IMG/VR virus record: IMGVR_UViG_3300045988_090863
Reading direction: 5' to 3' (one strand)
DNA from: a virus
Length of the DNA stretch: 57,803 nucleotides
Below are positions 9,201 to 19,526 of the stretch, one piece after another. Within the stretch, counting starts at the first letter, position 1; every line of letters begins with the position of its first letter. The notes under the pieces were generated by a model. The model was not told where the DNA came from, ran no database searches, and saw nothing but the letters and a program-made list of their open reading frames with translations. The translations under genes and the position numbers were made by a program.

Positions 9201-11620
9201 GGTAGTATTCCCATACTCGGCTCATTGTTTATATATCTGTATGTGCATACTTCGTTAGATGCTTCATAACTGACTTCATCCCCCTTATAGTACACATATT
9301 TGCTGTTATATGTACCTCTATAAACTCCTATATGAGAAACATCGCCACTATCAGACAAAAGTCTAACATTATGCAATGTTAGTTGCTTTCTTGCAGTCAC
9401 ATTCCAATCTATAGAGCTTGTTGCGTCACCTATCCTGAAAGCATTTCCATCAAGATCCAAGTAACACTCACCATCAGACGTTATTATTTTACCAGTAGTA
9501 ATTGTATTACCGTTTATTCTGGTGAAACCGTATGTTGTTACAAAATCCCTGAAATTATCATCAGCCCTCAATGATGATAGAATACCTACCTGAAAATAGT
9601 AGTTGTTCGGATCTTCAACTGGTTCAAACTTCAACTGTTCACGTGTAAGATACCAAGTACCTGTTGTTCCTTTTTTAGAGCATTTTGCGAACAGATAATA
9701 ACCGCCTGATTCAGACATTGTGAACTCAGCACCAGACATATTCCACTGTTTAATCTCAGCCTCATCAATAGTCAAGTGCGCCAATATTCCAGACGTTGCA
9801 TCAAACCTGTTAGGAAGTCCATTAACATTAGGATTGAAAACTACATCAACAAGTACAAACTGCTGGCTTTTAGATCCTACAGTCAACATGTTTGTATCAA
9901 TGGAGTTTGGGCGTATATTTTCAGGATCAAAGTAACCATCAGTATCATACACCATGGTTCTCAGTTCCTCTGTTGTACGCCATCCTCTACGTGCCTTATT
10001 AAGATCCCTCAGCCTGTTACTTTCAATCACTTGCTCATGCCCTATTACATCTATAACAGTCTGATTTATTATAGATATACTTGTAGTGTCGGACAAAGTA
10101 ATGCTGTAGTCGTGCTTAAGCATCAGGTTCCTGCTTACTTTCTGGATCCTGATAGTCTTTTCAATTCCAAAGCGTTCATCCTTAACGGGTACATAATCAC
10201 CTACTTTGAACAGGCATACATTACTATCGTCTGGAGTTGTATCAAGGAAATATTTTCTGTCGAAATTAAGTACATACTGAGCCTTAGCCTGTGTACGTGG
10301 CTTAAATTCATTATACCCCTCATACCAGAGATCTTCTTCTGCATTCTGTTCGTAAGATTCAGGCAGATTTATATCTGTTATTTTATATGTGTCTCCCTCA
10401 GAAATCCTATAAGCCTCACTGTCTGTTGTAGGTATAGTTAAGCCTCTTTCATCCGTAAATGGAATTATAGTGAACAGCTTTTTAGCATGATCATAACCAT
10501 TCTTAGCAGCAAGTTCAAACTGTTGACCAGCAAGTTTTCCTGTTATGAATGTGATCTTTGCAGTCACATCTTGTATCAAGTACTTAGTTCCATTCTCATC
10601 TGATTCAGCAAGATCAAAGTCCATAGTATCGTCATAGAACGAGTTTATATCAGCACCAATAGCTGTTACAACTCCAGTTCTTTTAGGATATATATCATCA
10701 TACTGAGCACCATCCTCATCACTACCTAAAAGATCCCTCAGATCAGCATCCTCAATATATCTGTTATCATCATCATCTATACCGATCATTTCTGTTCCAG
10801 GAGCCACAACGGTACCATCATACAGCTTATGTTCTCTTTTATTTAATCTCTTAGGATATGGAAGCTGTAACCTTTCTGAATAGTTCCTATAGTCCTTTCT
10901 GATATTGGTAGTTCCACCCTCAACCCAGAGCCTTGTAATAATAGCCTTATCATCTACCTTTTGTTCTTTAAGTGTGTATAAGCCATTACCTTTGCCCCAT
11001 TCAAAATAATCATTACCGCCAGGAGGATTTATCCTTTCGCCAAACTTTCCTATATGTATTGTTCTTACACCGTCATTTTGGGTAATCTGGAACTCCAGGT
11101 TAAACTGATCCTTACTACATAACGCCTGTAAAACTTGCAAACAGTTCTGCCTTGAAAACTGAATAGTGCGAGGTTCTGTATCAGGACAATTAGCCTCATC
11201 GAATTTCCACAGCCCAGGATAGTCCCTGTTTACATTATAGATAATCACTTTTACAAAATCCTTAATGCTATAGGTGAGATCAAACGTACTTGAAGTAGAT
11301 TTTCCATTAGCATCAGTATTTCTGTATAGGCTTTTCATCAACTCATACATAACACCATAGAAAACAGCGTCATAGGTGTAGTAGTCATCAGATAGCTTTT
11401 CACGAGTTACCTTTGTCCTTATTGTGTACTCATCGCCATCAATTATGATCTTGTCACCTTTCTGAAAATCTATCAGTTCCGTTGATACGATATTCAGTTG
11501 TACCTGATCATCACCCATAAGAGTTATATTCTGTACCGCTGTTTTAACGGTACAGAAAGGTTCTCTTGACATCAACAGGATTTTTGATCCGTCTCTTTTT
11601 ATTACTTCAATTTGTCCCAT
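6206..11620 (-). CDS. Tail-tip / tail fibre protein (Tal-like N-terminus, collagen-like G-X-Y stretches, internal repeats, LamG-like domain)
   Basis: 1804 aa downstream of the Dit-like gene. Duplicated modules SYLHIKYSD..NPADYTW and W(Q/S)TT.P.WKD..YIW.R..(V/I)TYT(D/N)GTSTTT. G-X-Y runs (GEPGDQGQKGE). LamG-like FTLCFWMK...WFHVALRF. Confidence 0.75.
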   Translation of the reverse strand: MGQIEVIKRDGSKILLMSREPFCTVKTAVQNITLMGDDQVQLNIVSTELIDFQKGDKIIIDGDEYTIRTKVTREKLSDDYYTYDAVFYGVMYELMKSLYRNTDANGKSTSSTFDLTYSIKDFVKVIIYNVNRDYPGLWKFDEANCPDTEPRTIQFSRQNCLQVLQALCSKDQFNLEFQITQNDGVRTIHIGKFGERINPPGGNDYFEWGKGNGLYTLKEQKVDDKAIITRLWVEGGTTNIRKDYRNYSERLQLPYPKRLNKREHKLYDGTVVAPGTEMIGIDDDDNRYIEDADLRDLLGSDEDGAQYDDIYPKRTGVVTAIGADINSFYDDTMDFDLAESDENGTKYLIQDVTAKITFITGKLAGQQFELAAKNGYDHAKKLFTIIPFTDERGLTIPTTDSEAYRISEGDTYKITDINLPESYEQNAEEDLWYEGYNEFKPRTQAKAQYVLNFDRKYFLDTTPDDSNVCLFKVGDYVPVKDERFGIEKTIRIQKVSRNLMLKHDYSITLSDTTSISIINQTVIDVIGHEQVIESNRLRDLNKARRGWRTTEELRTMVYDTDGYFDPENIRPNSIDTNMLTVGSKSQQFVLVDVVFNPNVNGLPNRFDATSGILAHLTIDEAEIKQWNMSGAEFTMSESGGYYLFAKCSKKGTTGTWYLTREQLKFEPVEDPNNYYFQVGILSSLRADDNFRDFVTTYGFTRINGNTITTGKIITSDGECYLDLDGNAFRIGDATSSIDWNVTARKQLTLHNVRLLSDSGDVSHIGVYRGTYNSKYVYYKGDEVSYEASNEVCTYRYINNEPSMGILPTNSTYWQLIAKGSPGEKGNSIFYTYNDSQEKPNTPTGAGNTNGWHTESTESVVWMSIKSAADINSGSWGSPFRVRGADGTSITIKGSKDDVSQLPVVDNKPGDAYIIGENLYIWDGSGWTNVGKIKGEDGKSSYLHIKYSDDGGKTFTDGNGEVPGRWMGVLVNQSQSDSDNPADYTWNDTKGEDGTPGKPGEDGKTSYLHIKYSDNGGLSFTANNGETPGAYIGQYTDFEKKDSDNPADYTWSRIKGDPGTGGTDAESGVYYEYRYAKNGSTSTPPAIDLSSPNPAGWSTEMPKPGAFEYVWCTMAKKSGIVDRTSFNYPISETDYQNRGELRIMDQTGEYMATYNKPECIVKDGNRYAFDLSYEKECRIPYDLPFGKNFTLCFWMKTDQKYVKWMLNGYNGREYVENTINTTPGVWFHVALRFSDKTVTVFINGVQYNYGSVNEKIDGFAIYDDNMFGSSSMFDDVRLLDSALPVSDIEKIMQGTADELIQHWSTPIRVNPYDGIDGKPGVGVSTTDVEYAQSTSNSVAPTSGWQTTAPAWKDGYYIWSRTKVTYTDGTSTTTKAACITGGKGSTGSPGNGVKTIVEQYYLSSSATSLLNGSWSTTRPTWKDKWYIWTRSVITYTNGTSTTTAPICVTGSKGDKGEPGDQGQKGESPATVFRGVYDSSKTYYGTKYRLDVVKYNGVYYVARIDAGTFTGVIPTNTSKWNNFGAQFESIATDLLLAENANIAGWVFKNNRLEAQDGSVYLDGVNGVVRVKGTMQLSTGFSGAFSDVNIFYLPSVTSTKYISMGQDADDIGKVCRLYNSSPFGGADYMIGAYSFTAEDGMSWSQLDYYAVVKPQEVVEMTCFEEPGSTSTSKKGRWDITSRFSHEDFYKSGAKGRYARILAIGRINGTNSGASLSGTYYDGRSLSSVFSVSRLGTGKYRVYCSSCPSGYTVMATGYGAIWGGSNPVKACLYSKTSSYFDVLLSDDASANDGSCEFVIFAPDWDYNMK

Positions 11621-12789
11621 ACTACAATAGCATTAGTGGAAAAACTTTCAATATCCTCTATTACACCAGTAATGACAATATCATACTCACCAGGATCAGC
11701 GTATGTATGTTCTACTGTTTTATTGTTTCCTGATACGTTGTATGTATGAGTTCCATCCCCCCAGTATATATTTAGCATACTGTAGGTAGTCACTGTAATT
11801 GAGGCTTCTGAATTTGCAGTATTGCTTATGTGTCTCAGAACTTTTTTTACAGGCTCATCCTCCATCAGTTTGAGCTTGAACGTACCGATCATAAGTTCAT
11901 TATTATACAATCCCCATTTCTTATCAGGATCCACGCTATCATGTAGCTCAACCTCATATACAAGTGGTTTCACCTTTCCGTCATACTCAACGACAAACCT
12001 ATGGTTCCCCTCACCATCAAACTCATCAAGAAAAAGATTAAGCCATTCGACAAACTTAGATCTGCTGGAGGCTTCAATGAAACATGAAAGCGTGATAGTC
12101 CTTTCCTTGAAACGAGGTCTTTTCTTATCCCTGACAATTCCATGGTAATTATCCCAGTCAACTTGTAGCGTCTCTTTACGTTCAAGCCTACCGACAAGCC
12201 CCTCAGAATCCGATACGAATACACCAAATTCCTTGAAGTTCTTACCATTGATATAATATTCAACGTCTGTATTCTGTTGCATCATTAGTACATCTTTATA
12301 CTCCTTAGCCACATTATACAGCTTTACTTCGTCTATCAATGTATAGCAACCAGATAGAGAGTTTTCATTTATTGACATTCCTACAGGAGTACCAGGAAGT
12401 GATTGATTATAAACAGCCTTATCACCAAGGTACACAGTAAGTATAGATCCTGATTTTACAAAACACAGGAATACCCATTCATTAGGAGTTACATTTATCC
12501 ACTGTTCTACATAGTTGTCTATACCATTCATATTGACCAACCATCCAATTTTATTAGTGGACGGTTTTACATACATAGATAGAGTAAAATCAGAGCTGAA
12601 AGGAATTGATCTTTCTGTCAAACACTCACCGTTCCCATTCAGATCCAGTGATTTTCCACTGTTCGCATCTCTACTAAATATGGCACCATTTGACAATGTA
12701 GCATCTGATCTGTTGTATGAATAATCATAAGCCTTATTACCGTCTGGATCATCAAAAGGCAAATGCAGAATTAAATTTTTATCAATCAT
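11602..12789 (-). CDS. Distal tail protein (Dit-like) with N-terminal LamG-like and C-terminal PKD-like modules
   Basis: 395 aa between the tape-measure-proximal gene and Tal. PKD-like WGDGTHTYNVSGNNKTVEHTYADPGEYDIVITG. LamG-like LHLPFDD...FTLSMYVKP...WVFLCFVKSG. Confidence 0.55.
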   Translation of the reverse strand: MIDKNLILHLPFDDPDGNKAYDYSYNRSDATLSNGAIFSRDANSGKSLDLNGNGECLTERSIPFSSDFTLSMYVKPSTNKIGWLVNMNGIDNYVEQWINVTPNEWVFLCFVKSGSILTVYLGDKAVYNQSLPGTPVGMSINENSLSGCYTLIDEVKLYNVAKEYKDVLMMQQNTDVEYYINGKNFKEFGVFVSDSEGLVGRLERKETLQVDWDNYHGIVRDKKRPRFKERTITLSCFIEASSRSKFVEWLNLFLDEFDGEGNHRFVVEYDGKVKPLVYEVELHDSVDPDKKWGLYNNELMIGTFKLKLMEDEPVKKVLRHISNTANSEASITVTTYSMLNIYWGDGTHTYNVSGNNKTVEHTYADPGEYDIVITGVIEDIESFSTNAIVVWDKLK

Positions 12790-13301
12790 ATCCGATATGT
12801 TTTTTTGTTGTTATACTTTACTTTTATACCATCACCGATACACCTAACAGTGGAATCTCCATACATGTTTACCATCACCTGAGCATCTTTGCCAGCTACA
12901 GCTACCACAAGATCAGCATTATCAAAGGCATCTATAGTGACTATGGCATGATCCGAAACATTAATAGACACCTTAGAATTATGCCTTACAAAAACACGGC
13001 TAACTGTATATCCATCATATTCCATCATGGCTTTGCAGTCTCCATTCATAACAACGTCTGGTAAATTTCTTATGGATCTTTCCTCATCATCAACGAATAC
13101 CCCATACTGTTCACACTTACCTTTGAAATTAGTCCTGATAAAGTCTAAAGTAGGATAGTCATTGATAATACAGAAATCAATACCACGAACATACAGTTTT
13201 GCAAGCTCATCAACATTAAGACCTGGCTTAAGTTTCATTTGCCATAAACGGCACAAACCCTTGTTAATACCGTCATTCTTAAGTTCTTTTATTACGTCCA
13301 T
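12786..13301 (-). CDS. Hypothetical tail-associated protein
   Basis: 171-aa ORF; its start codon shares 1 nt (13301) with the tape measure stop codon and its end overlaps the Dit-like gene by 4 nt. Confidence 0.45.
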   Translation of the reverse strand: MDVIKELKNDGINKGLCRLWQMKLKPGLNVDELAKLYVRGIDFCIINDYPTLDFIRTNFKGKCEQYGVFVDDEERSIRNLPDVVMNGDCKAMMEYDGYTVSRVFVRHNSKVSINVSDHAIVTIDAFDNADLVVAVAGKDAQVMVNMYGDSTVRCIGDGIKVKYNNKKTYRI

Positions 13302-16300
13302 TAGCTTATACCTTGTGATAAAAGTGAGTTATCTTTATTTTCAATTCTCTTTAACGTGCTTTTAATCTCAGCAAGCTCAGCAGCAGAAGTTTTTGTATTT
13401 GCTGCTATTTCAGCCTGATAAACAAGCGAGGATCTCATAATCACTATCTGATCACTTTGATTGATAATGAAAGTGTTTAATCGTCCTGCTATAACGCCAC
13501 CAGTTTCCTCACTCATAGAGGTTACAGCACCTTTCAGAGGATCAGTACTTTCAGCAGCATCTTCTTCAACATCTTTTATCCAGTCTCCAACGCTTTCAAG
13601 TGCCATGTTGAAAGTTTCACCAGCAGCATCTATCATTGCTTCAAATTTAGTCTTTTCACTGTCTGATAATACACCGTCTTTCATTGATTCTCCGAGATAT
13701 GCCATAGCATCACTAATAGCCTTTGCAAGGAACTCCCTTTTCAGAGCTTCAACTACAGCCTTTTTGAGAATATCCTTTGTTTTGGTACCAAGGGCTTCTG
13801 CTGCATCTTCTCCCTGGCAGTAAGCATCCACAAGGGCATCAGCAAACTCATCAATAGCACTCTGAGTGTCGGTACCAGCAAGAGTTTCAAGCATACTCCT
13901 TTCCATATCCTCAATCTGAGTATCTATATCCTTGATCGCTTCCTCCCAGTCATTAATCTTGCCCCAGTCCGTATCTTTCTTGTCTTTTTCTGCTGCGATC
14001 TGCTGCCTTATATCCTCTTGCTGTTGTCTGAGGTAATCTTTCTGCAATTCATACAACTGAAACATATCTCCATTAGACTGTTCCTTTTCAAGTGCATATT
14101 TCAGTTCCTTGATCTGTTTAGTCAATTCAGCATATCTGACAAAATCCCAGCTTTGTTGAGCAACAATTTTCTGAGCTTCCAAGGCAGCGATCTCATCCTT
14201 AATAGCCTGTACTCTCTGGTTGTGAGCTTGTCTTTCCTCATCTGAATAAACCCAGTAAGTGTGTTCAGCAGCGTTCTGCAGTCGATCGAAAGCATTAGAT
14301 AGATTATCTATGTGCTGCTGTATATTCTGTATCTTTTCCTCCAGCTCATCATCATTATTGAAAAGATTTGCCACGAATTGAACAGCCTGTAATGATATAG
14401 ATATAGCAGCAAGGATAATACTACCTTTTTCTGCTGTCTGTATGGCTGCTGCCATTGCTATACCAGCAGTAGTTATACCTTGTAGCATTCCAAGTGTAGC
14501 TTTCCCATTTTCGCCAATAAGATCACCAAGGACATCACAGCTATCAATGGCATCATTCACAAAACTAAATACTCCCTCTGTTGAACTTGCAAGGTTAGAC
14601 CAGTCTGTCTTAATCTGCTTAGATGTTTTCTGCGATCCCGATTCTGTTTTCTTGAAAACGTCTGAAAGGGCGTTACCCATAGCCTTGAACGGATTCACAT
14701 CAAGAACTTTCTTTTTAGCCTCATCCAGCTTATCAAGAACAGCCTTAAGATCTGCTGGATTCAAATCCAGGTTAGAAGTATTCATTTTTTGCTGAATATC
14801 ATTGATCAGCTTATCAATCTGTTCAACAGTAAGACTATCAAGATCCGTGAATAGATTTTTCCAGCTTTCGCTTTGCATGAGCATCTGAGCATTCAAAGCA
14901 CTTAACGCCTCTGCTTCACCCTGATTCACCAGGTTAATACGTTCCTGGTTGTTCTCTTTAAGAGCCTCATTCCTCAATACAGCATATTCATCCTGGATCG
15001 CCTTTTTCTGTTCCTCATAAGTCCTGTAGTCATTGATAAGTCTTTCCTGAATTTCTTTCTGTAGCTTCTCATCTTCTTCCGTCACGAAAAGAGCTGCCTC
15101 CGATTGCTCATCAGCACCGACAAGTCCAGAGCTGCCATTACTCAGCCTTTCCTTAGCAGCAGCGACCGCTTCAATCTTATCAGCAAGACTTTGAGCCTGG
15201 CTAATAGCATTTGTAACGGATTCTTTGAAAGCGTCCATAGCTGTTTTAGCACCAGTAATTTCATTGTATTGCATATTAAGGGAAATCAGGTAATTGCCCT
15301 CACCCTCAGTAAGCCCCTGGTTACTCTGTTTCTCTTTCAGCATGTTGATCTGATTCTGAACGAACTCTTTATATGATTCTCCATCTTTCAACAGCTCAGA
15401 GAAATGAGACCTGGCAACATCTTCACCCATTGTTCTTACCCAACGGAAATACAAGTCATACTGTTTTTTCTTGTATTCTATTTCACCATCAAAAAGCTCA
15501 TTTTGTGCATCAGTATAGGATTTATTCTCAATGCTTCTCCTTTCGTCAAACCCTGCTTTCTGATCATCAGTAAGCCCACCTTTTCCAGCATCTTTCCTGG
15601 CTTTCTCCAGCTCCTTTTCTTCTTTATCAATACGATCAAGATTCTGCTTATGCTGTAGATCAAGCATCGCCTTTCTTTTCTCATATCCCTCACTCATTAC
15701 AGAGATACGATCTTCTTCAAGTTTCCTTTCTGCCTCCAGTTGTTTCCTGGATAACTCATCAGCTTTTTGGGCTGCATTGTTATTTGATTTTGGCAGACGT
15801 GATTCAAGAGAATTGATAGTTTTTGTCAGCTCCTTATACTTTGAACTGTTTATCTCAACATTCGATCTTTCGTCCTTAAGTTGCTTGATCCTGTCGTTAA
15901 TTCCAGCCTCAGTATTCAGGTTCTCCGTTTTCTGGTTAACAGCAGAATTGATCTCCTTTAGTGTAGAAAGAAGCTCATTAAGTTTGCTTGTGTCTGCATC
16001 TACCTTAACCTTTTTGGCGTTTATTGCGTCAATCTCCTTTTGAGTGTCTTTTGCCTTTTTATCAAGTTCCTCAAATGACATTGACACATAATCAACAGCC
16101 TCAGACGTTTTGGAACTATCCTTTGGCGCAAAGAAAGCGGAAAGCTGCTGATCTACCTTTGAGATCTTATCCTGTGCCATGTTAGCAGAACTCACCACAT
16201 CTGATAGATATTTACTCAGTGTGGATCTGAAACTATCCATTTCCTTATCTGTTGCTCCAGTTGATTTTGCAACGGCTTTGACAATCCTGTCAAGAGACTG

Positions 16301-18649
16301 ATTAAAAGCGTCTGTATAGGCTTCTCCTGTAAGCCCTTTTAATCTCTCAGCAGCATCAGTTGACATTGATTCTACAGCCTCCCAAACAGCCCCAGTAGCC
16401 TGTTGTATAGAACGAGCATCAACATCAACCACTTTAGATACAGAAACCCAGGCACCATCATATTGCATAGTTTCCTGAATATCCTTATAAGTTGCATCCT
16501 TAGCAGCCTTTTTAAGTTCCTCCAGTGCATCAGTTTGAGACTGGATCATTTCTTGCATAGCCTGTTCGGTGTACTTTGCTTTGATTTTTTCTGCTGTGTT
16601 ATTCTGTATCGCAGCAGTCAGTTCCTCATATTTCAACTTCTGAATATCCAGAGTAGCATTCTCATCAAGCAGTGTCTTATTGTACTCTTTGCAAATGGCA
16701 TTTATTTTCTCAATGGCATCCTTATGTGTCTTAGTTCCTTTCTCAGCATTCTGCAAAACAGAGAACAACAGGTTTAAGCTGTCAATCTCTTTTTTTGTAG
16801 TGTCCTGGAACTCTCCCATAGCATCTGTAGCTTCTTCTTCTGTTCCTGAGAAAAGAGTTAACGCACTAACCAGGGCACCAACGAGACCGATCACCCATCC
16901 AATAGGATTCGACATCATGGAAGCCCATAATGTTTTCATTGCGAGTGTGGCTTTTGTTGTTATTGCAGTCAGCATTGAGGTGGTTGTAGCATTCGTAGCC
17001 TTTGCAACAGTATCAGCAGTAGTAGCAACAGTTGACTGTCTCACAGCAGCAGCTTCCAGGGCTTTTTTCTTCGTATGGAAATCAGTCTGAGCAGACAAAG
17101 CAGCCTTTCTTGCTATAGCCTGGTTTTCCTGAGCACCCTCCAGTTTCTTTTCAGCAGTAGCTATTCTTGTAGCGTCACCAGACTGTTTAGCCCAATACAC
17201 CTCATACCTCGCAGCCTCAGTAGCTTGCATTGTAGCTATGGCTGTCTGTTTAGAAGCCTCCACTTTAGCAGCAGCAGCACTGACCTCTGCACGCATAGCA
17301 TTAAGCGTTGAAACCTGGTTCTGATTCTTCTTTATAACCTCCTGTTCCAGAGCAGCACGGTAAACAGCACTCTTAGCACTCAGATCCGTTTTACTCAAAG
17401 CAGCCCTCTGTTCAACAGAAAGAACACTCATCGCTACAGCCTCATAGTTTGCACTTGAAGCCGTGAGATTCAAATTTGATAGATATTCCTGCTGTTGTGC
17501 TGTTAGTAGTTGCTGTATTGTAGCAATACGCAAACTTTTTACAAGGTTAGCATGTTCCTCAGCAGTTAGCTGCTTTTGTAATGATATAATGTGAGCCTCC
17601 TGAGCTGCTGTCATTGCCTTTGTCTGAGCAGACACCTGACCACTCAACTGAGCATCAATCTTAAGCAGTGCTATTTTCGCCTGGCGTGCTGTATTGTCAA
17701 GTAACGCTACACCAGTATATCCTTTTGTAGCAAGCGTATTAAGTACTATGGCTGCCTTATAGCTTCCGTATGCAACGGTAATAGCCTGTATTATACGCAA
17801 TATCTCATCATAGTTTTCTACAAGGCCAATTGCCCCCTGGATCCCAGACGCAAAAAGATCCTGGTTGTCTGTACCAATCTTATTCAGCGCACTATCCCAG
17901 GCATCACCAAGGTTAGAGATCATACCAGTAAGTGATTTACTTTGCTCCTGCATGAGGTTGTAGTAAACACCGCTTGAACTTGTCATGTTCTTGAAAGCCT
18001 GTTCTACTTCTGTAAATCCTACCTTTCCCTCTGTTATCAGAGCACTCACCTCATCTTTTGAAACTCCTATAACCTTAGCCAGTTCCTCATAGATAGGAAT
18101 ACCACGACCAGCGAACTGTCTAATATCTACAGCATAAGCCCTGCCTTGCGCCCTCAGTGTACCATACAGATAAGCAATTTCTCCCAATGGTGCACCTACA
18201 CCAGATGCAACATTACCAAGCATTACAATCTCATCAACAACAGTTTCAACAGATGATCCGTATGCTAACATCTGTTTTGTTGAACTCGCTATACCTTGAA
18301 GATCGAAAGGAGTTTTTGCAGCCGTTTCGACAAGCTGATCCATGAGCGTCTTTGACTTAGTGCCACTCCTTAGCATCGTTTCAAATGCTATTTCAAGCTG
18401 CTGGAATTGCCCACGTGTAGTTACTATGCTTTGCAATAAACTACCCATACCCTGACCGACAAGGTATGAGACAATATATTTAGCTCCATTCTGAGCCATA
18501 TTCTGTAGCGATTGCTCCATCATAGCTGATTCTGCAATGGTGGTATTAGACACCTGCTTAATGTGCCTTTCCATAGCCTGAGCAGACACATTAAAATCAT
18601 CTATATCAAGAGTGGCTTTGAATGCCAATCCTCCATTTACATTATCCAT
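13301..18649 (-). CDS. Tail tape measure protein
   Basis: 1782 aa, Ala/Gln/Glu/Lys-rich with long helical/coiled-coil character. Canonical position after the tail chaperone. Confidence 0.85.
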   Translation of the reverse strand: MDNVNGGLAFKATLDIDDFNVSAQAMERHIKQVSNTTIAESAMMEQSLQNMAQNGAKYIVSYLVGQGMGSLLQSIVTTRGQFQQLEIAFETMLRSGTKSKTLMDQLVETAAKTPFDLQGIASSTKQMLAYGSSVETVVDEIVMLGNVASGVGAPLGEIAYLYGTLRAQGRAYAVDIRQFAGRGIPIYEELAKVIGVSKDEVSALITEGKVGFTEVEQAFKNMTSSSGVYYNLMQEQSKSLTGMISNLGDAWDSALNKIGTDNQDLFASGIQGAIGLVENYDEILRIIQAITVAYGSYKAAIVLNTLATKGYTGVALLDNTARQAKIALLKIDAQLSGQVSAQTKAMTAAQEAHIISLQKQLTAEEHANLVKSLRIATIQQLLTAQQQEYLSNLNLTASSANYEAVAMSVLSVEQRAALSKTDLSAKSAVYRAALEQEVIKKNQNQVSTLNAMRAEVSAAAAKVEASKQTAIATMQATEAARYEVYWAKQSGDATRIATAEKKLEGAQENQAIARKAALSAQTDFHTKKKALEAAAVRQSTVATTADTVAKATNATTTSMLTAITTKATLAMKTLWASMMSNPIGWVIGLVGALVSALTLFSGTEEEATDAMGEFQDTTKKEIDSLNLLFSVLQNAEKGTKTHKDAIEKINAICKEYNKTLLDENATLDIQKLKYEELTAAIQNNTAEKIKAKYTEQAMQEMIQSQTDALEELKKAAKDATYKDIQETMQYDGAWVSVSKVVDVDARSIQQATGAVWEAVESMSTDAAERLKGLTGEAYTDAFNQSLDRIVKAVAKSTGATDKEMDSFRSTLSKYLSDVVSSANMAQDKISKVDQQLSAFFAPKDSSKTSEAVDYVSMSFEELDKKAKDTQKEIDAINAKKVKVDADTSKLNELLSTLKEINSAVNQKTENLNTEAGINDRIKQLKDERSNVEINSSKYKELTKTINSLESRLPKSNNNAAQKADELSRKQLEAERKLEEDRISVMSEGYEKRKAMLDLQHKQNLDRIDKEEKELEKARKDAGKGGLTDDQKAGFDERRSIENKSYTDAQNELFDGEIEYKKKQYDLYFRWVRTMGEDVARSHFSELLKDGESYKEFVQNQINMLKEKQSNQGLTEGEGNYLISLNMQYNEITGAKTAMDAFKESVTNAISQAQSLADKIEAVAAAKERLSNGSSGLVGADEQSEAALFVTEEDEKLQKEIQERLINDYRTYEEQKKAIQDEYAVLRNEALKENNQERINLVNQGEAEALSALNAQMLMQSESWKNLFTDLDSLTVEQIDKLINDIQQKMNTSNLDLNPADLKAVLDKLDEAKKKVLDVNPFKAMGNALSDVFKKTESGSQKTSKQIKTDWSNLASSTEGVFSFVNDAIDSCDVLGDLIGENGKATLGMLQGITTAGIAMAAAIQTAEKGSIILAAISISLQAVQFVANLFNNDDELEEKIQNIQQHIDNLSNAFDRLQNAAEHTYWVYSDEERQAHNQRVQAIKDEIAALEAQKIVAQQSWDFVRYAELTKQIKELKYALEKEQSNGDMFQLYELQKDYLRQQQEDIRQQIAAEKDKKDTDWGKINDWEEAIKDIDTQIEDMERSMLETLAGTDTQSAIDEFADALVDAYCQGEDAAEALGTKTKDILKKAVVEALKREFLAKAISDAMAYLGESMKDGVLSDSEKTKFEAMIDAAGETFNMALESVGDWIKDVEEDAAESTDPLKGAVTSMSEETGGVIAGRLNTFIINQSDQIVIMRSSLVYQAEIAANTKTSAAELAEIKSTLKRIENKDNSLLSQGIS

Positions 18650-18650
18650 A

Positions 18651-19522
18651 TTACATAAGCCCTTTTATATAATTCCTAATTTCGTCTTTCGTTTTCAACT
18701 CTACATGAACAGTTTCTTCTTCCTCATCATTCTTAGACGCTTCTATTTTTGGTGCATCAGCAATGATGATTTGAATGTTCATCCAGGAAATACCCCAAAG
18801 CAGATAATCATAACTCCATCCATAAGCCTTAATAATTTCGCCACGATTACCCCAAGGGCTGTTTAGCCCTATTACTCTATCAGATTTGCTTTGGGCTTCG
18901 TCATTCCCACTTCCCTTATGGATCTGATAGAGGAGGTAAAACCCCCAGGATTCATCATCTGGCTTATGACATCAGATAGTTTCTTAAGCCTGGCTACAGT
19001 AAGGTGATTGATAAAGAAAGTCTTAAGCTGTTCAACTTCCTTTGATCTCTTATTTGTGATTTCAGGGCTGTTGATTACTGCAACGGCAGCTATTTCAGCC
19101 ATAAGAGGTATGTATTTGAACAGCTTCTTACTTTCCTGGATAGGCTGTTCTTGAATATCTTTCTCATTGTATTCTATCTGTATATACAGCTTTCTGAGAT
19201 AGTCTATAGTTCCGAGATACAAAGGTTTGATATGAAAATTTCTCATATACATATCAACCATTTTACCCTTATCTGCATCTGGCACCTCCATTACAGATAC
19301 GTCCCAATCAACAGGGATCCTTTTGTCCCTCCAGATTCTTGCCATCTTAGGGAATGTTCTATTCCACCATAAAACCCTCTTAGGAGGTTTTACTGGGTAA
19401 ATTTTTAGAGGAACGGAAAACTTAACACCAAGTTGCAGAAGTGCTTCAATAGCTTTTTCTTCCAGTTCTAATCTTTCCTCTTTTGTAAGATCTTTTATGT
19501 CTCTTATTTCTTTCTGATCCAT
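18651..19522 (-). CDS. Tail assembly chaperone, -1 frameshift-extended product (GT-like, about 290 aa)
   Basis: Heptamer G GGT TTT (minus strand, 18944->18938) is in X XXY YYZ phase. The -1 frame is open for 95 codons and stops at 18651-18653, 1 nt before the tape measure ATG, filling an otherwise empty 222-nt gap. Confidence 0.55.
18872..19522 (-). CDS. Tail assembly chaperone (G-like, zero-frame product)
   Basis: 216 aa between the major tail and tape measure genes. Contains an in-phase slippery heptamer near its 3' end. Confidence 0.6.
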   Translation of the reverse strand: MDQKEIRDIKDLTKEERLELEEKAIEALLQLGVKFSVPLKIYPVKPPKRVLWWNRTFPKMARIWRDKRIPVDWDVSVMEVPDADKGKMVDMYMRNFHIKPLYLGTIDYLRKLYIQIEYNEKDIQEQPIQESKKLFKYIPLMAEIAAVAVINSPEITNKRSKEVEQLKTFFINHLTVARLKKLSDVISQMMNPGGFTSSIRSIREVGMTKPKANLIE

Positions 19523-19526
19523 AGTC

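Noticed and set aside
9776-10441. 221-aa plus-strand ORF, and many similar 60-140-aa ORFs antisense to long genes (for example 110-466, 13461-13823, 16403-17090, 20687-21115, 26174-26572, 36096-36512, 40654-41073).
   Set aside because: All lie entirely within, and opposite to, long well-supported genes. Their composition is low-complexity, Cys- or Ser- and Leu-rich, which is typical of antisense frames. None has a start context or neighbour coupling.
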